Shown: piece by piece, positions 15,855 to 25,296 of the stretch | Position numbering within the stretch: the first letter of the stretch is position 1 | Layout of the letters: every line of letters begins with the position of its first letter | Source: a virus | Length of the DNA: 64,000 bases | IMG/VR virus record: IMGVR_UViG_3300032323_001119 | Coordinates: 46,438-110,437 of that record | Direction: 5' to 3' (one strand) | The notes under the pieces: generated by a model | The model's input: only the letters and a program-made list of their open reading frames with translations | Databases searched by the model: none | What the model was told of the DNA's origin: nothing | Translations under genes and position numbers: made by a program

Positions 15855-18800
15855 TTTATTTCCTTTATATTTAAAGTTCCATCATCTAGTTTAGATAGAA
15901 CAACCTTGCATTTCATTCCTTCACGCATCTTAGCAAGAGTCATTTTATACATTGTAGGGAATGCAATTGCTCTAGTCAATTCTTTATTTCTATTTGAAAG
16001 GACTATGTGGCTCATTGTCTTTCCTGCTTTTGTTGTGTATGGCGTAAAGTTAACAACAATATATTCATCTTCTTCTAAATCATATTCTTTTCTATATAAA
16101 TAATCTACAAACATATCTTTTGATGATGGATCAATATCTGACACCTTAATATATCTAGCAATTCTATTGTCTCCAACTAGAATAAAATACATCTGACCAA
16201 CTTCAATTTGTGTTTGTTCATTATGGAAAAGTCCAATTGATCCAGTTTCATCTACAATCTCTACTCTTGCCCATCCAGAACCACGCTTAATTCCCTTGAC
16301 CATTCCGAACATAACAAAAGAGCCGAGATCGTCAAATTCTTCAATGGGTCTAGCTTGTGCTTTAACTCTAGGGGGTATTCCCTCTAAGTTAAATGTTGGG
16401 ATACCTAAATATTCATAGTAGTTATCCTTTTCATTGCCCTGTCTTGGGTTATCCTTAAATGCTGCTGCACCAATTGCATTTAGGGAGCTTACTGCCCTGC
16501 TGTTAATGCCGCTTCCTTTAGACGAAGCAACTGAAACAAACTGGTTGTAGTTGTCGTAAGGTCTATTATCAATAATTTTATTTGCAATGTTATCAGAAAT
16601 AAATTTAATTTCAGATAAACCAAATCTAATAGCATCTTTTTGCAATGAAAAATAAAGATCAGATTCATTAACATGTGGAAGAAGAACTTTTAGTCCTAGT
16701 CTTTTAGACTCAATAAGGTACTCTGTTCTCGCATCTTTATCATTTTCATTCTTAAGGATTGAAAACATGAACTCAAGTGGGTAGTAAAACTTAAGCCAAG
16801 CAGTATAATAGCTAAGCATAGAGTAAGCAACAGCATGGGAACGGTTAAAAGAATAGCCAGCATGCGCTTCAAAATCGTGCCATAGCGCCTCTGCTTTTTT
16901 CTTAGTAATGTGCTCTGAAGCCCCAGTAACAAACCTATCTTTGAACTGGTCAAACTCTTTTGCATCTTTTTTCTTTCCAATAATCTTGCGGACCTTATCA
17001 GCCTCTGCCCAAGTCATACCACCCAAGTGTACGCATGCCTGCATAACTTGCTCTTGATATATAATAACACCATATGTGTTCTCGGTAAATGGCTTCATAA
17101 TTGTATGCATGTAGTCTACTGCTTCATCCCCATGCTTACGCTTGATGTAGGCAGCTCCAACAGTATTCATGGCTCCTGGTCTTACCAAAGCGTTTGAAGC
17201 AACTAAATCTTCAAACTTGTCTGTACCCATTTTAATTAAAAGATTTGTGTAGGGTGTAGCTTCTGCCTGAAACACGCCCTTAGTGTAACCTTCGCTAAGC
17301 ATTTTATAAACTTCTGGATCATCTAATGATATATCTGACAGTACTATGTCCTTGCCAGTTCTGGACTTAATAGACTTAATTGTGTCTGATATAACAGAAA
17401 GAGTTTTTAGTCCCAAAGCATCGAGTTTAATAAGACCAATATCTGCAACAGTGTCCATGTCATATGCAACTACTGGTATTCTGCCAGATACTTTATCCTG
17501 TGCATCTTCTCTGGATTCAACTGGAGCAAACTTTCTAAGGTCATCCTTTGCAACTACAACTCCTGCTGCGTGTACACCAACTGATCTAATACGACCACGA
17601 AGTCTATCTGCAAGCCAAACTACTTCTGGATACTTGGCTCTAAATTCTTTTGTGTTAGGGGAAGTAATAAAATCTTCAAACGTATCAATTGATTTCATTG
17701 CACGGTTAACTTCTTGCAGTGGTACCATAAATATTCGTGCTGCATCACGAATTACACCTTTATCTTTAAAGTATGTATATGTAGAAATAGATGCAACATG
17801 CTTAAACTTTTTCTTAAGATATTCTTTTACTTCTTTACGACGTCTGTCTTCAAAGTCTGTATCAATATCTGGGAAGTCATTGCGCTCTGGATTAATAAAT
17901 CTAAAGAATAGAAGATCGTATTTAATGGGATCGACATCTGTAATTCCTAAAGAATAGCAAACAAGTGAGCCTGCTGCAGAACCACGACCAGGCCCAACAC
18001 GAATATCATTTGTCTTTGCCCAGTTAATCATATCAGCAATAACTAGAAAGTATGATGCAAAATTCTTTGAGGCAATAACGGAAAGTTCTTCTTCAACCCT
18101 ATCGATATAAACTTGATTGTCAGATAATCCTAGACTAGAAAGCCCTTGGTAAGACATTTCACGCAACTTATCGTCAGCATCTGTTTTTGGAACTGGCAGA
18201 AGATCGAGACCCTGATAGAAATCATATTCCTCAACTTTGTCTGAAATCTCCATTGTGTTTTCGTATATATCTGTACGAGAAATGCCAGAAGCATTAAAGT
18301 CAGCCTCAATTTCTGAACGTGATTGTATAAATAGATTATAGTCCTGAAAAGAAATTCTACGATCAGGATAAAGATAGTTAAATCTTTCCATCATGTCTTT
18401 AATGTTTCTAGACATTTCAAAGTCTGAATCTTTATCAATCTTTGGAGATGTAGACAGAATGAGAAGTGCTTCTTCTAAAACTCTGTCTTCTTCTTTAGCA
18501 AAGTGAGCATCTCCTGTAGCAACCGCTTTAATTTTTAGCTCGTCTGCTAATTCAAGAAGCTTATCGTTTATTTCTTTTGGGTTATGAGACTGTACTTCAA
18601 CATAAAAATCATCACCGAAAGTTTTTTGAAAATCCTTGAGAACCAATTTAGCTTCACTAAACTCGCTCCTTTCGATAGCCTTAGAAATAAGACCATTAAG
18701 GCAGCCAGAAAGGACAATAATACCCTCTGCATACTCTTTTAATACCTCTCTATCAATACGTGGCTTATGATAAAAACCTTCATTCCAGGCAAGCTCCTGA

Positions 18801-19120
18801 AGTATGTTAATATTCTCCAACCCCTTTTTATTCTTCGCTAGCAAAATAATATGGTTATAGGCTTGTATAGATTTATCTGTTTTAGAAGATCTATCAAATC
18901 TATCTGTTGGAGAAATGTACGCCTCAACACCAAGAATCGGCTTAATGCCAGTTTCCTTTGCGGCAATCTGCATATCTCTGTGTGAAGAGAGGGTACCATG
19001 GTCTGTGATTGCAATCGCTGTCTGTCCAGCATCTAACGCTGCTTGACATAATTCTTTAGGTGAATTTAGTCCATCCATTAATGAATAATAGGAGTGAACA
19101 TGTAAGTGCGTAAAACTCAT
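15851..19120 (-). CDS. dnaE: DNA polymerase III alpha subunit (C family)
   Basis: PHP domain HLHVHSYYSLMDG/ITDHG; GPGRGSAAGS, PDIDTDF, LIKLDALGL, GYSFNRSHAVAY; no intein visible. Confidence 0.97.
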   Translation of the reverse strand: MSFTHLHVHSYYSLMDGLNSPKELCQAALDAGQTAIAITDHGTLSSHRDMQIAAKETGIKPILGVEAYISPTDRFDRSSKTDKSIQAYNHIILLAKNKKGLENINILQELAWNEGFYHKPRIDREVLKEYAEGIIVLSGCLNGLISKAIERSEFSEAKLVLKDFQKTFGDDFYVEVQSHNPKEINDKLLELADELKIKAVATGDAHFAKEEDRVLEEALLILSTSPKIDKDSDFEMSRNIKDMMERFNYLYPDRRISFQDYNLFIQSRSEIEADFNASGISRTDIYENTMEISDKVEEYDFYQGLDLLPVPKTDADDKLREMSYQGLSSLGLSDNQVYIDRVEEELSVIASKNFASYFLVIADMINWAKTNDIRVGPGRGSAAGSLVCYSLGITDVDPIKYDLLFFRFINPERNDFPDIDTDFEDRRRKEVKEYLKKKFKHVASISTYTYFKDKGVIRDAARIFMVPLQEVNRAMKSIDTFEDFITSPNTKEFRAKYPEVVWLADRLRGRIRSVGVHAAGVVVAKDDLRKFAPVESREDAQDKVSGRIPVVAYDMDTVADIGLIKLDALGLKTLSVISDTIKSIKSRTGKDIVLSDISLDDPEVYKMLSEGYTKGVFQAEATPYTNLLIKMGTDKFEDLVASNALVRPGAMNTVGAAYIKRKHGDEAVDYMHTIMKPFTENTYGVIIYQEQVMQACVHLGGMTWAEADKVRKIIGKKKDAKEFDQFKDRFVTGASEHITKKKAEALWHDFEAHAGYSFNRSHAVAYSMLSYYTAWLKFYYPLEFMFSILKNENDKDARTEYLIESKRLGLKVLLPHVNESDLYFSLQKDAIRFGLSEIKFISDNIANKIIDNRPYDNYNQFVSVASSKGSGINSRAVSSLNAIGAAAFKDNPRQGNEKDNYYEYLGIPTFNLEGIPPRVKAQARPIEEFDDLGSFVMFGMVKGIKRGSGWARVEIVDETGSIGLFHNEQTQIEVGQMYFILVGDNRIARYIKVSDIDPSSKDMFVDYLYRKEYDLEEDEYIVVNFTPYTTKAGKTMSHIVLSNRNKELTRAIAFPTMYKMTLAKMREGMKCKVVLSKLDDGTLNIKEIK

Positions 19121-19326
19121 TAATATCCGCCTGTGCATTCATTTCTTGTATGATAAAGTCTAATCTTAGTCATAGTCTTTTTATTTGGTGCATATAAATC
19201 TTCTTTACAACAGCTGCATTGCATGTGCCACTCTCTTGCAAAGAAATCATAGAGCATGCCTTTGTAGTCTCTATACTTGTTAGAAACAAAAGTTTCAAAC
19301 GGGTCTGGTATTTCGTATGAGATCAT
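19120..19326 (-). CDS. Hypothetical protein with Cys/His motif
   Basis: CSCC...H...C; leaderless promoter directly upstream. Confidence 0.6.
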   Translation of the reverse strand: MISYEIPDPFETFVSNKYRDYKGMLYDFFAREWHMQCSCCKEDLYAPNKKTMTKIRLYHTRNECTGGY

Positions 19327-19348
19327 TATGCTATTTTACTAAATAAAG

Positions 19349-19374
19349 CAGGGGCAGTCAATAGACTGCCCCTG
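19349..19374 (-). terminator. Intrinsic terminator after ssb, overlapping the next -35 box
   Basis: CAGGGGCAGTC-TATT-GACTGCCCCTG followed by CTTTATTT. Confidence 0.75.
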
Positions 19375-19385
19375 ACGATAATTAG

Positions 19386-20063
19386 TTACCAGACCAGGTT
19401 GCTATCTGAATCTGATGAAGCTGGTGCTTCTTGGTTTCCGCCTTCACCATTAAAGAAAGCTTCTTGCTCTGTGTATGGTAAGTCACGAATTGCGGTTGTT
19501 TCTAAGTCATACAGCTCAAGTGCTGATGAATCAAATGGCGTTTCATCTTTAGCCAAAGGAATGATTGTGTAGCTTGTGTCTGTCTTTGTACCAGTACGCT
19601 TAATACGCCACATCAAGTTTGTAATGCTTCCCATTTCGCCAGCATACTCAATAAGGGTTGGCGTAATTGTTTTTCCACTTGATCCTTGTGAAAGAATTGC
19701 TACATATGGCTCTTCCTTGCCATCATCAATAAGCACGTTCATGTAAAGTCGTGAACGACCTTTCCATCCTGCCTTATAATCTTTACGGTGTTGTTCGCAA
19801 CCATAACACTTGCCCTGATCTTCCATTGAGCATAGTGCCTTGCGCTTATAGTCTTTCGGGTTTGTATGCTCTACAGCAATAAATCCCAGTCCTTTAGACT
19901 CATCATATGTTGGTGAGTCTGGGTCAAGCTCTTGCAAGAAACGAACTTTTACGCTCTCTGCATCTTCTAGCTTTGCCCAACGTGCTTTTGTTCCATCGTT
20001 TTCGCTGTACGAAGGCTTGTCCATGACTTGATTAAGTCCTTTTAATCCTTTTACAATACCCAC
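19386..20063 (-). CDS. Single-stranded DNA-binding protein (gp32-like)
   Basis: VKVRFL, Cys cluster, IKRTG...TSY, acidic tail ending in W; located in the replication module. Confidence 0.75.
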   Translation of the reverse strand: MGIVKGLKGLNQVMDKPSYSENDGTKARWAKLEDAESVKVRFLQELDPDSPTYDESKGLGFIAVEHTNPKDYKRKALCSMEDQGKCYGCEQHRKDYKAGWKGRSRLYMNVLIDDGKEEPYVAILSQGSSGKTITPTLIEYAGEMGSITNLMWRIKRTGTKTDTSYTIIPLAKDETPFDSSALELYDLETTAIRDLPYTEQEAFFNGEGGNQEAPASSDSDSNLVW

Positions 20064-20118
20064 TTGTATCCTCTTTTCCTATAGTTGATGGTATAGATCC
20101 ATCTGTTGTTTTAGTATA

Positions 20119-21114
20119 TCATATCCAAGAACGATATTCAATATCTGATACTGAATTTTTTATACATGTTTTTATTTCTTGCTCAGTTAAATCACCAGCA
20201 TCTTTTGCTTTATTTGGATATATCTCTTTGTAACTAAATGAAGCCCAAGAAATATCTTTGTTTCGAAGCTTACTAGAAATAGACCTACCTAGTTCTCTGC
20301 CTGCCTCATCTGCATCTGTCATAATTATAATCTTATTAAAATATCTATTTAACAGAGACTGTTGCTCATTAGAAAGGAATCCTCCTAATGTAGCAACAAC
20401 ATTTGGAAACCCAGCCTGATGTATTCTTATTGCATCAAAATTAGATTCGCATACTATTACCTGCTCACCAATCTTTTTGGCTCTATGAATATTAAATAAA
20501 GTTTTGCTTTTTGGAAGGCTCGTACTATTTTTAAATGTTTTACCTTCAATAGACCTGCCAACAATTCCTATTGGAATTGAATCTGGGCTGTGTACTGGAG
20601 TAACCACCATATTCATTGCTGTAGAATATCCAAGTTGAAAATGCTTCATAGACTCAATGCTTATTCCTCTTGACTCAAGGTAATCCCTTGCATTCTTATT
20701 GCCTGCAAGATCTGCGTGTAGCCTATCTAGAGTTTCTTGAGGAAATTCTTGAAAGACTGGCTTGTCAGCAAGCATCTCCTCCATAACCTGGTCAAAGTTA
20801 TTAAGGACTTCTGTTTCCTTGCTAGCAATTAATCTTAAAGACTGAAAGTCATTCTTGTCCATAGTTCTTTTGATAAGATCAATCAGTGTTCCAGTTTCAC
20901 CACATGCTGGGTTAAAGCATATAAACGCACCAGAAGTTTGGCTTACGCTAAAGCTAGATGTATGTCTATTAGAATGAAATGGGCAATAGCATAGAAAGTC
21001 ATTGCCTGTCTCACCAACAATATTCAGTCCAATTTCTTTTAAGACTGATTTGATGTGGCTTGGGGCATATTCCTTGGTATCAATCTGTTTTGAGTTGTAC
21101 CCTCTAATTGCCAT
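20119..21114 (-). CDS. dnaG: DNA primase (CHC2 zinc finger + TOPRIM)
   Basis: CPFH...CFNPAC, GIVGRS, VCESNFDA, DADEAG, KDAGDL. Confidence 0.92.
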   Translation of the reverse strand: MAIRGYNSKQIDTKEYAPSHIKSVLKEIGLNIVGETGNDFLCYCPFHSNRHTSSFSVSQTSGAFICFNPACGETGTLIDLIKRTMDKNDFQSLRLIASKETEVLNNFDQVMEEMLADKPVFQEFPQETLDRLHADLAGNKNARDYLESRGISIESMKHFQLGYSTAMNMVVTPVHSPDSIPIGIVGRSIEGKTFKNSTSLPKSKTLFNIHRAKKIGEQVIVCESNFDAIRIHQAGFPNVVATLGGFLSNEQQSLLNRYFNKIIIMTDADEAGRELGRSISSKLRNKDISWASFSYKEIYPNKAKDAGDLTEQEIKTCIKNSVSDIEYRSWI

Positions 21115-21341
21115 GCCTTCTTCTTTCCTACGTATATTCCATGGAGAGTCATTAAGAACTTCCATGTTTCTCCAGTAAACTCAATTGAGAATGCTGGGTC
21201 TATATCCAATACTCTTACATATCCTTTGCCACGCATATCTTGCACTAGCAAATTTTCATATTGAGGCCTTAAGCTTATGAGTTGTGCATTGTCATAAAAC
21301 TGTACCTCAATTTGAAATCTTTTAATTCTTTTGTGAGTCAT
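21039..21341 (-). CDS. Hypothetical protein
   Basis: 100-aa ORF between helicase and primase. Confidence 0.6.
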   Translation of the reverse strand: MTHKRIKRFQIEVQFYDNAQLISLRPQYENLLVQDMRGKGYVRVLDIDPAFSIEFTGETWKFLMTLHGIYVGKKKAWQLEGTTQNRLIPRNMPQATSNQS

Positions 21342-22569
21342 TGGCGAAAGGATTTTCGTAAATCTCTTTGACGATACCCCTATTGATATCCCAATCTAGG
21401 AATACGCCAAAGTCGTGTCCATGTCTATTCTTTCTGGATACAACCTCAATCATGTCAGTACCCTTATACTTATGAATTGCCATAGCCATATCAGCATCGT
21501 ACTCAATTGCTTTAGACCATGCAACTTGACTCATCATTGGTGGATTGTCTTGATCAGTAATATCATCTGCTGTAGCAGCAGTAATATCAATAATTGGAAT
21601 ATTATTTCTTACTGCTAAGTTTTTAAACTCACGAGAGATATTCATATTACGTTCTGTTGGAGCTTTTGAGTTATTGTTATCTGTAAATAGCTGGTGATAA
21701 TCAAGAATAACGATGTCTGGCTTATGCTGATCGATCTTTGCCTGAATAGCATTAGGGGTTACATTACCAGAGCCTTCATTAGAAACTAGAATAAACTTAT
21801 TCTTATCCGCAAACTTTTTACTAGACCAGCTACGGAAGTCATCGATATTAATGTCTCCCTTTGCAAAGTCGCTGGCCTTAAATAGACCTGAACCAAGCAT
21901 AGTATAAATACGGTCACGCATATTCTCTGGAGTCATTTCAAGAGAAACGATCATAGGCTTAAATCCCTGTTCCCAAGCCTTACAGGCTAGGTAGGATGTA
22001 AACCATGTCTTTCCACGTCCTGGCCATCCAATGGCTACTATAAGGTGTCCTGGAGCCATTCCAGTAGGGTATGCTAGGTCGATTGACTGGAACCCAGTCT
22101 TAATACCTGGAGAGCCACCCATCTCGGCTGTACGGACCTTGAGAGCCTCTAAATGCTTGATTGCATTATCTGAGTCGGTTACGTCTAGGTCACGAACATT
22201 ATTAGTATATTTATTTAAACTGGCAAGCTGAGATTGTAACTCTCCAATAACTCTTGAGGCCACATCTTCTTTAAGCATAGAGCCACCACGAATTAAAATA
22301 CTCTTTAGTCTGCTAGCCAAGAATTCATTCTTAAGATTATCTAGGTAGTATGCTGTTTCAGCAGTAGCATTAAGGTCTGGCTCAAAGTCTTTAAACTTTT
22401 CTTGCAGGATTCCTACCTCTGGGATTGCCTTAAACTGATTATAATATGATTTAAGTCCATTCCAAACATCTCCATGTGAAGTAAATAATTCATCAACATT
22501 CTCAGCCATAACCGTACTAATATCTTTATTCTTGCATATAGCAGAGATCAGTGTTGCTTCTGTATTCAT
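21322..22569 (-). CDS. dnaB: DnaB-like replicative helicase
   Basis: GWPGRGKT, SLEM, ILDYHQL, IEYDADM, KNRHG. Confidence 0.93.
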   Translation of the reverse strand: MNTEATLISAICKNKDISTVMAENVDELFTSHGDVWNGLKSYYNQFKAIPEVGILQEKFKDFEPDLNATAETAYYLDNLKNEFLASRLKSILIRGGSMLKEDVASRVIGELQSQLASLNKYTNNVRDLDVTDSDNAIKHLEALKVRTAEMGGSPGIKTGFQSIDLAYPTGMAPGHLIVAIGWPGRGKTWFTSYLACKAWEQGFKPMIVSLEMTPENMRDRIYTMLGSGLFKASDFAKGDINIDDFRSWSSKKFADKNKFILVSNEGSGNVTPNAIQAKIDQHKPDIVILDYHQLFTDNNNSKAPTERNMNISREFKNLAVRNNIPIIDITAATADDITDQDNPPMMSQVAWSKAIEYDADMAMAIHKYKGTDMIEVVSRKNRHGHDFGVFLDWDINRGIVKEIYENPFANDSQKN

Positions 22570-22886
22570 AGTCCGCCTTCCTCCACCATCTTTTTAGTTT
22601 GCTCTCTTAGCAAACGACGAGTTTCCATATCTCTTTGAAGCTCTACTCTAGCCTGCTCCATCTTGTCAAAATTATAATAAAAAAACTGTAGCGGGTGCCC
22701 AAACTTTTCTAGAGAAAAGTAATAGTTCATAAGATCAATAGCCTTATCAAGACCAACACTATCTATTACATCTTGCATTGCCCATTTTTCTCTGAACTTA
22801 TTTAGAGTAGCAGGCTTTTTATATTTCTCTAAATAAAGATTCTGATATATGGTCATCAGGACATATGGCTCTTTATTATTTGCCAC
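22566..22886 (-). CDS. Hypothetical protein
   Basis: 106-aa ORF translationally coupled to the helicase. Confidence 0.65.
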   Translation of the reverse strand: MANNKEPYVLMTIYQNLYLEKYKKPATLNKFREKWAMQDVIDSVGLDKAIDLMNYYFSLEKFGHPLQFFYYNFDKMEQARVELQRDMETRRLLREQTKKMVEEGGL

Positions 22887-23079
22887 TCTTAAGCTCTTCT
22901 TCTACCTCGGCTGTTTTTTGAATTAGCTTACCTTCAACAAATGCATACACTCTTTCTGTAGCAGAGTCTACAGTTTCTCCTTGACGAACATCATCCTCTA
23001 CGCCAACATTTATCTTGATGCTTTCGTAGTTGCCTAAATTCCTTGTAAAGGAAAGATCTACCTTAACTCGTGTTGTCAT
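22876..23079 (-). CDS. Conserved phage hypothetical protein
   Basis: TRNLGNYESIKI motif common in phage small proteins. Confidence 0.7.
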   Translation of the reverse strand: MTTRVKVDLSFTRNLGNYESIKINVGVEDDVRQGETVDSATERVYAFVEGKLIQKTAEVEEELKSGK

Positions 23080-23189
23080 TTGTGTTCCGCCTTCTTGTGT
23101 CTATTTAATGTATCATTTGCAAATATACCCCAGCGCACAACGATATCTTTGCTACAGATGTCGCAGGTAACGACTCTACCTTTTTCCAT
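23076..23189 (-). CDS. C2H2 zinc-finger microprotein (37 aa)
   Basis: Read by hand: MEKGRVVTCDICSKDIVVRWGIFANDTLNRHKKAEHK; start and stop overlap both neighbours. Confidence 0.65.
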   Translation of the reverse strand: MEKGRVVTCDICSKDIVVRWGIFANDTLNRHKKAEHK

Positions 23190-23671
23190 TACTCCGCCTT
23201 CCATACTGGTACAAAGCCACCTTCTGTCTTAGTATACAATATAAAGCTATGTTTGAGAAGGGCCAGCAGCTCCGCCTTAGAAGGAACATTTTTGGAGTGG
23301 CCAGCCTCTAATATATATTCATGAAGGTCTAATATATCTTTATCACTAAACATATACTTATACCATGTTTCTTCTGAACTATTACCTATAGGATAAATTT
23401 TTTGTGGAGTTTTAATTTTGCCTTCTAGAATATAGTCCTGTATCGTAACCCTATGCTTATTCAACATATCGGCAACCTGAACAATACTATAGGCGTTACT
23501 CATATTTTTATCTACTTCTGAGTACGGATACAAAATTCTTTTTTTATCTAAATAAGACCAAGCAACTATTTGATCCTTGGCTCTAGATAAACTAAGAGTT
23601 TTATGTATTTTTTCGTTTAAGAAGAAATACCGTACTTCTTTGAGTGATCTTCTTCTAGTGTCTCTAGCCAT
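23189..23671 (-). CDS. MerR/excisionase-like HTH DNA-binding protein
   Basis: YSIVQVADMLNKHRVTIQDYILEGKI. Confidence 0.7.
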   Translation of the reverse strand: MARDTRRRSLKEVRYFFLNEKIHKTLSLSRAKDQIVAWSYLDKKRILYPYSEVDKNMSNAYSIVQVADMLNKHRVTIQDYILEGKIKTPQKIYPIGNSSEETWYKYMFSDKDILDLHEYILEAGHSKNVPSKAELLALLKHSFILYTKTEGGFVPVWKAE

Positions 23672-23805
23672 TTACCCAACCTGTTTGTATTCTTATTCAT
23701 CATCCAGCGCTTTCCGCACATGATGCAAAACAATTCCATATGCATCTTCTGGGAGAATACTCTATCCACAAATACTCTTCCTCCGCATTTATTACACTTT
23801 ATCAT
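23617..23805 (-). CDS. Zinc-ribbon protein
   Basis: CNKCGG...CIMCG. Confidence 0.7.
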   Translation of the reverse strand: MIKCNKCGGRVFVDRVFSQKMHMELFCIMCGKRWMMNKNTNRLGKWLETLEEDHSKKYGISS

Positions 23806-24602
23806 ACCTGAAATAACTTTCCGTCCACAACGCATGAGTATTCTGGTGACACATGAATCATCTGAATATGTGGATAATCATTTACAATGTGAGCGATAGC
23901 AAAACCTTTTTGCCAATCGTGATGTTGCGTGTACTTCATTCCTGGTCCCTTTTCGTCACACATGTGACCAATTTCATATCCACGAAGAGTTTCTCCAGCT
24001 CCATTATTTCTTAACTCATATGTAACCATGTGAGAAGCAATTCGGTGTGAGTGTCCTCTGATCAAAGATATCTGCATATCCTCCATGTCTTTTCTTGCTG
24101 ACCCTGTTGCTGCAATGGACAATCCATGGTGAACGTGAATATCTCCAAAACGGCGCTTAGGAAGTTCATCGTAATAAATGTACTCATATCCAAGTGAGTC
24201 TAGTGACCACAATGCTTCTGGTGTTACTTCATTAATATAATCTGGAAGCTTAGCGTCCACATAATTAAAGATACGGATATCATGATTTCCTAAAGCAGAA
24301 AATAGCTGTGCGTTTGGAAGCATTTCTCTAGTCTTTGAATAGAAGTCTCTTGCACCCTTTGCTTCATGTCTCATCATAGGAACAATTAAATCCTTGCTGT
24401 CATTCTTATGCAACTGCATAAATTCAGCAGAACGACCTTCTGTATATTTACTATAACAGGCTTGATCATCTGTGTCACCTAGGTAATCAACGACATCTGG
24501 CTTAAACCACTTCATTACCTTAAACCAAAGCTCGATCATCTTATCGTCTTGATAAGGGAATTGCTGGTCGGATGAAAGCATCCATTTTAAATCATTTGAC
24601 AT
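23802..24602 (-). CDS. Calcineurin-like metallophosphoesterase
   Basis: SDQQFP, LGDTDD, GNHD, HHG, GHSHR. Confidence 0.85.
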   Translation of the reverse strand: MSNDLKWMLSSDQQFPYQDDKMIELWFKVMKWFKPDVVDYLGDTDDQACYSKYTEGRSAEFMQLHKNDSKDLIVPMMRHEAKGARDFYSKTREMLPNAQLFSALGNHDIRIFNYVDAKLPDYINEVTPEALWSLDSLGYEYIYYDELPKRRFGDIHVHHGLSIAATGSARKDMEDMQISLIRGHSHRIASHMVTYELRNNGAGETLRGYEIGHMCDEKGPGMKYTQHHDWQKGFAIAHIVNDYPHIQMIHVSPEYSCVVDGKLFQV

Positions 24603-24620
24603 TATTTACCTTAATGTTAA

Positions 24621-24644
24621 TAGGCCATGAATATTCATGGCCTA
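24621..24644. repeat. Perfect 24-bp palindrome TAGGCCATGAATATTCATGGCCTA
   Basis: Exact self-complementarity; lies between a promoter and the first gene of the replication block. Confidence 0.85.
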
Positions 24645-24657
24645 AGAGATACATCAA

Positions 24658-24685
24658 ATTGTAGCATACTGATTTAGATTGTCAA
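24658..24685 (-). promoter_or_regulatory. Promoter for the replication block
   Basis: TTGACA-16-TACAAT with TGn extension. Confidence 0.65.
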
Positions 24686-24692
24686 TACCTAA

Positions 24693-25112
24693 TTAGGCTA
24701 CTGCAATCCATTGAACAAAAACTTCACCATTTGCAGTTGCACCCATAGGAAGCATTGAAATTGTAAACTCGGTGCTGCTTGCAGTTGTAACAACTGGGCT
24801 ATATTTATGCTTTAAAAAATTTGCTGTGCTTGCTTGCCAAATTGTGCAAACAATATTAGGTCTAGAGGCAAAAGACTTTGCAAACTTTACTGTTGCTTTT
24901 CCAGTTCCAGCAGTATTGCATGGAACCTTTAGTCTGCCAGACTCAATTACTACTTGTCCACTAGGTGCACCATCTGCACCACCAGTATTGTTATTGACAA
25001 CGCTGTTAGCCATACTATTAATAATATTAATATTAGAAACTATGCTTGCCATCAATTCAGAGGTTATAGGATCCCCTGGATTAACTGACATAGGCTTTAG
25101 TTGTTCTGCCAT
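24693..25112 (-). CDS. Small virion/fibre protein with a lectin-like C-terminal domain
   Basis: VKFAKSFASRPNIV...FTI...VQWIAVA pattern seen in tail-fibre tips. Confidence 0.55.
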   Translation of the reverse strand: MAEQLKPMSVNPGDPITSELMASIVSNINIINSMANSVVNNNTGGADGAPSGQVVIESGRLKVPCNTAGTGKATVKFAKSFASRPNIVCTIWQASTANFLKHKYSPVVTTASSTEFTISMLPMGATANGEVFVQWIAVA

Positions 25113-25115
25113 TTT

Positions 25116-25265
25116 CTATTTCTCCTCTGGCTCCGCAGTATTTTGACCTTGCTGAAGCTGTGTAATTTCTGCACGAAGAACTGCAATATGGGTCTCATAT
25201 TGTGAGACTAGTTCTCCGATTCTTTGCTGTAGCGCAGCTACAACTAGTTCTAACTTGTTATCCAT
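25116..25265 (-). CDS. Small coiled-coil protein (49 aa)
   Basis: Read by hand: MDNKLELVVAALQQRIGELVSQYETHIAVLRAEITQLQQGQNTAEPEEK; AAGGAG SD. Confidence 0.7.
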   Translation of the reverse strand: MDNKLELVVAALQQRIGELVSQYETHIAVLRAEITQLQQGQNTAEPEEK

Positions 25266-25296
25266 TATATCTCCTTGATAGATTTACAGTATACCA

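Noticed and set aside
15851-19120. Intein or intron in dnaE, terL, helicase or recA
   Set aside because: Lengths and motif spacing are normal, and no Hint or homing-endonuclease motifs were seen.
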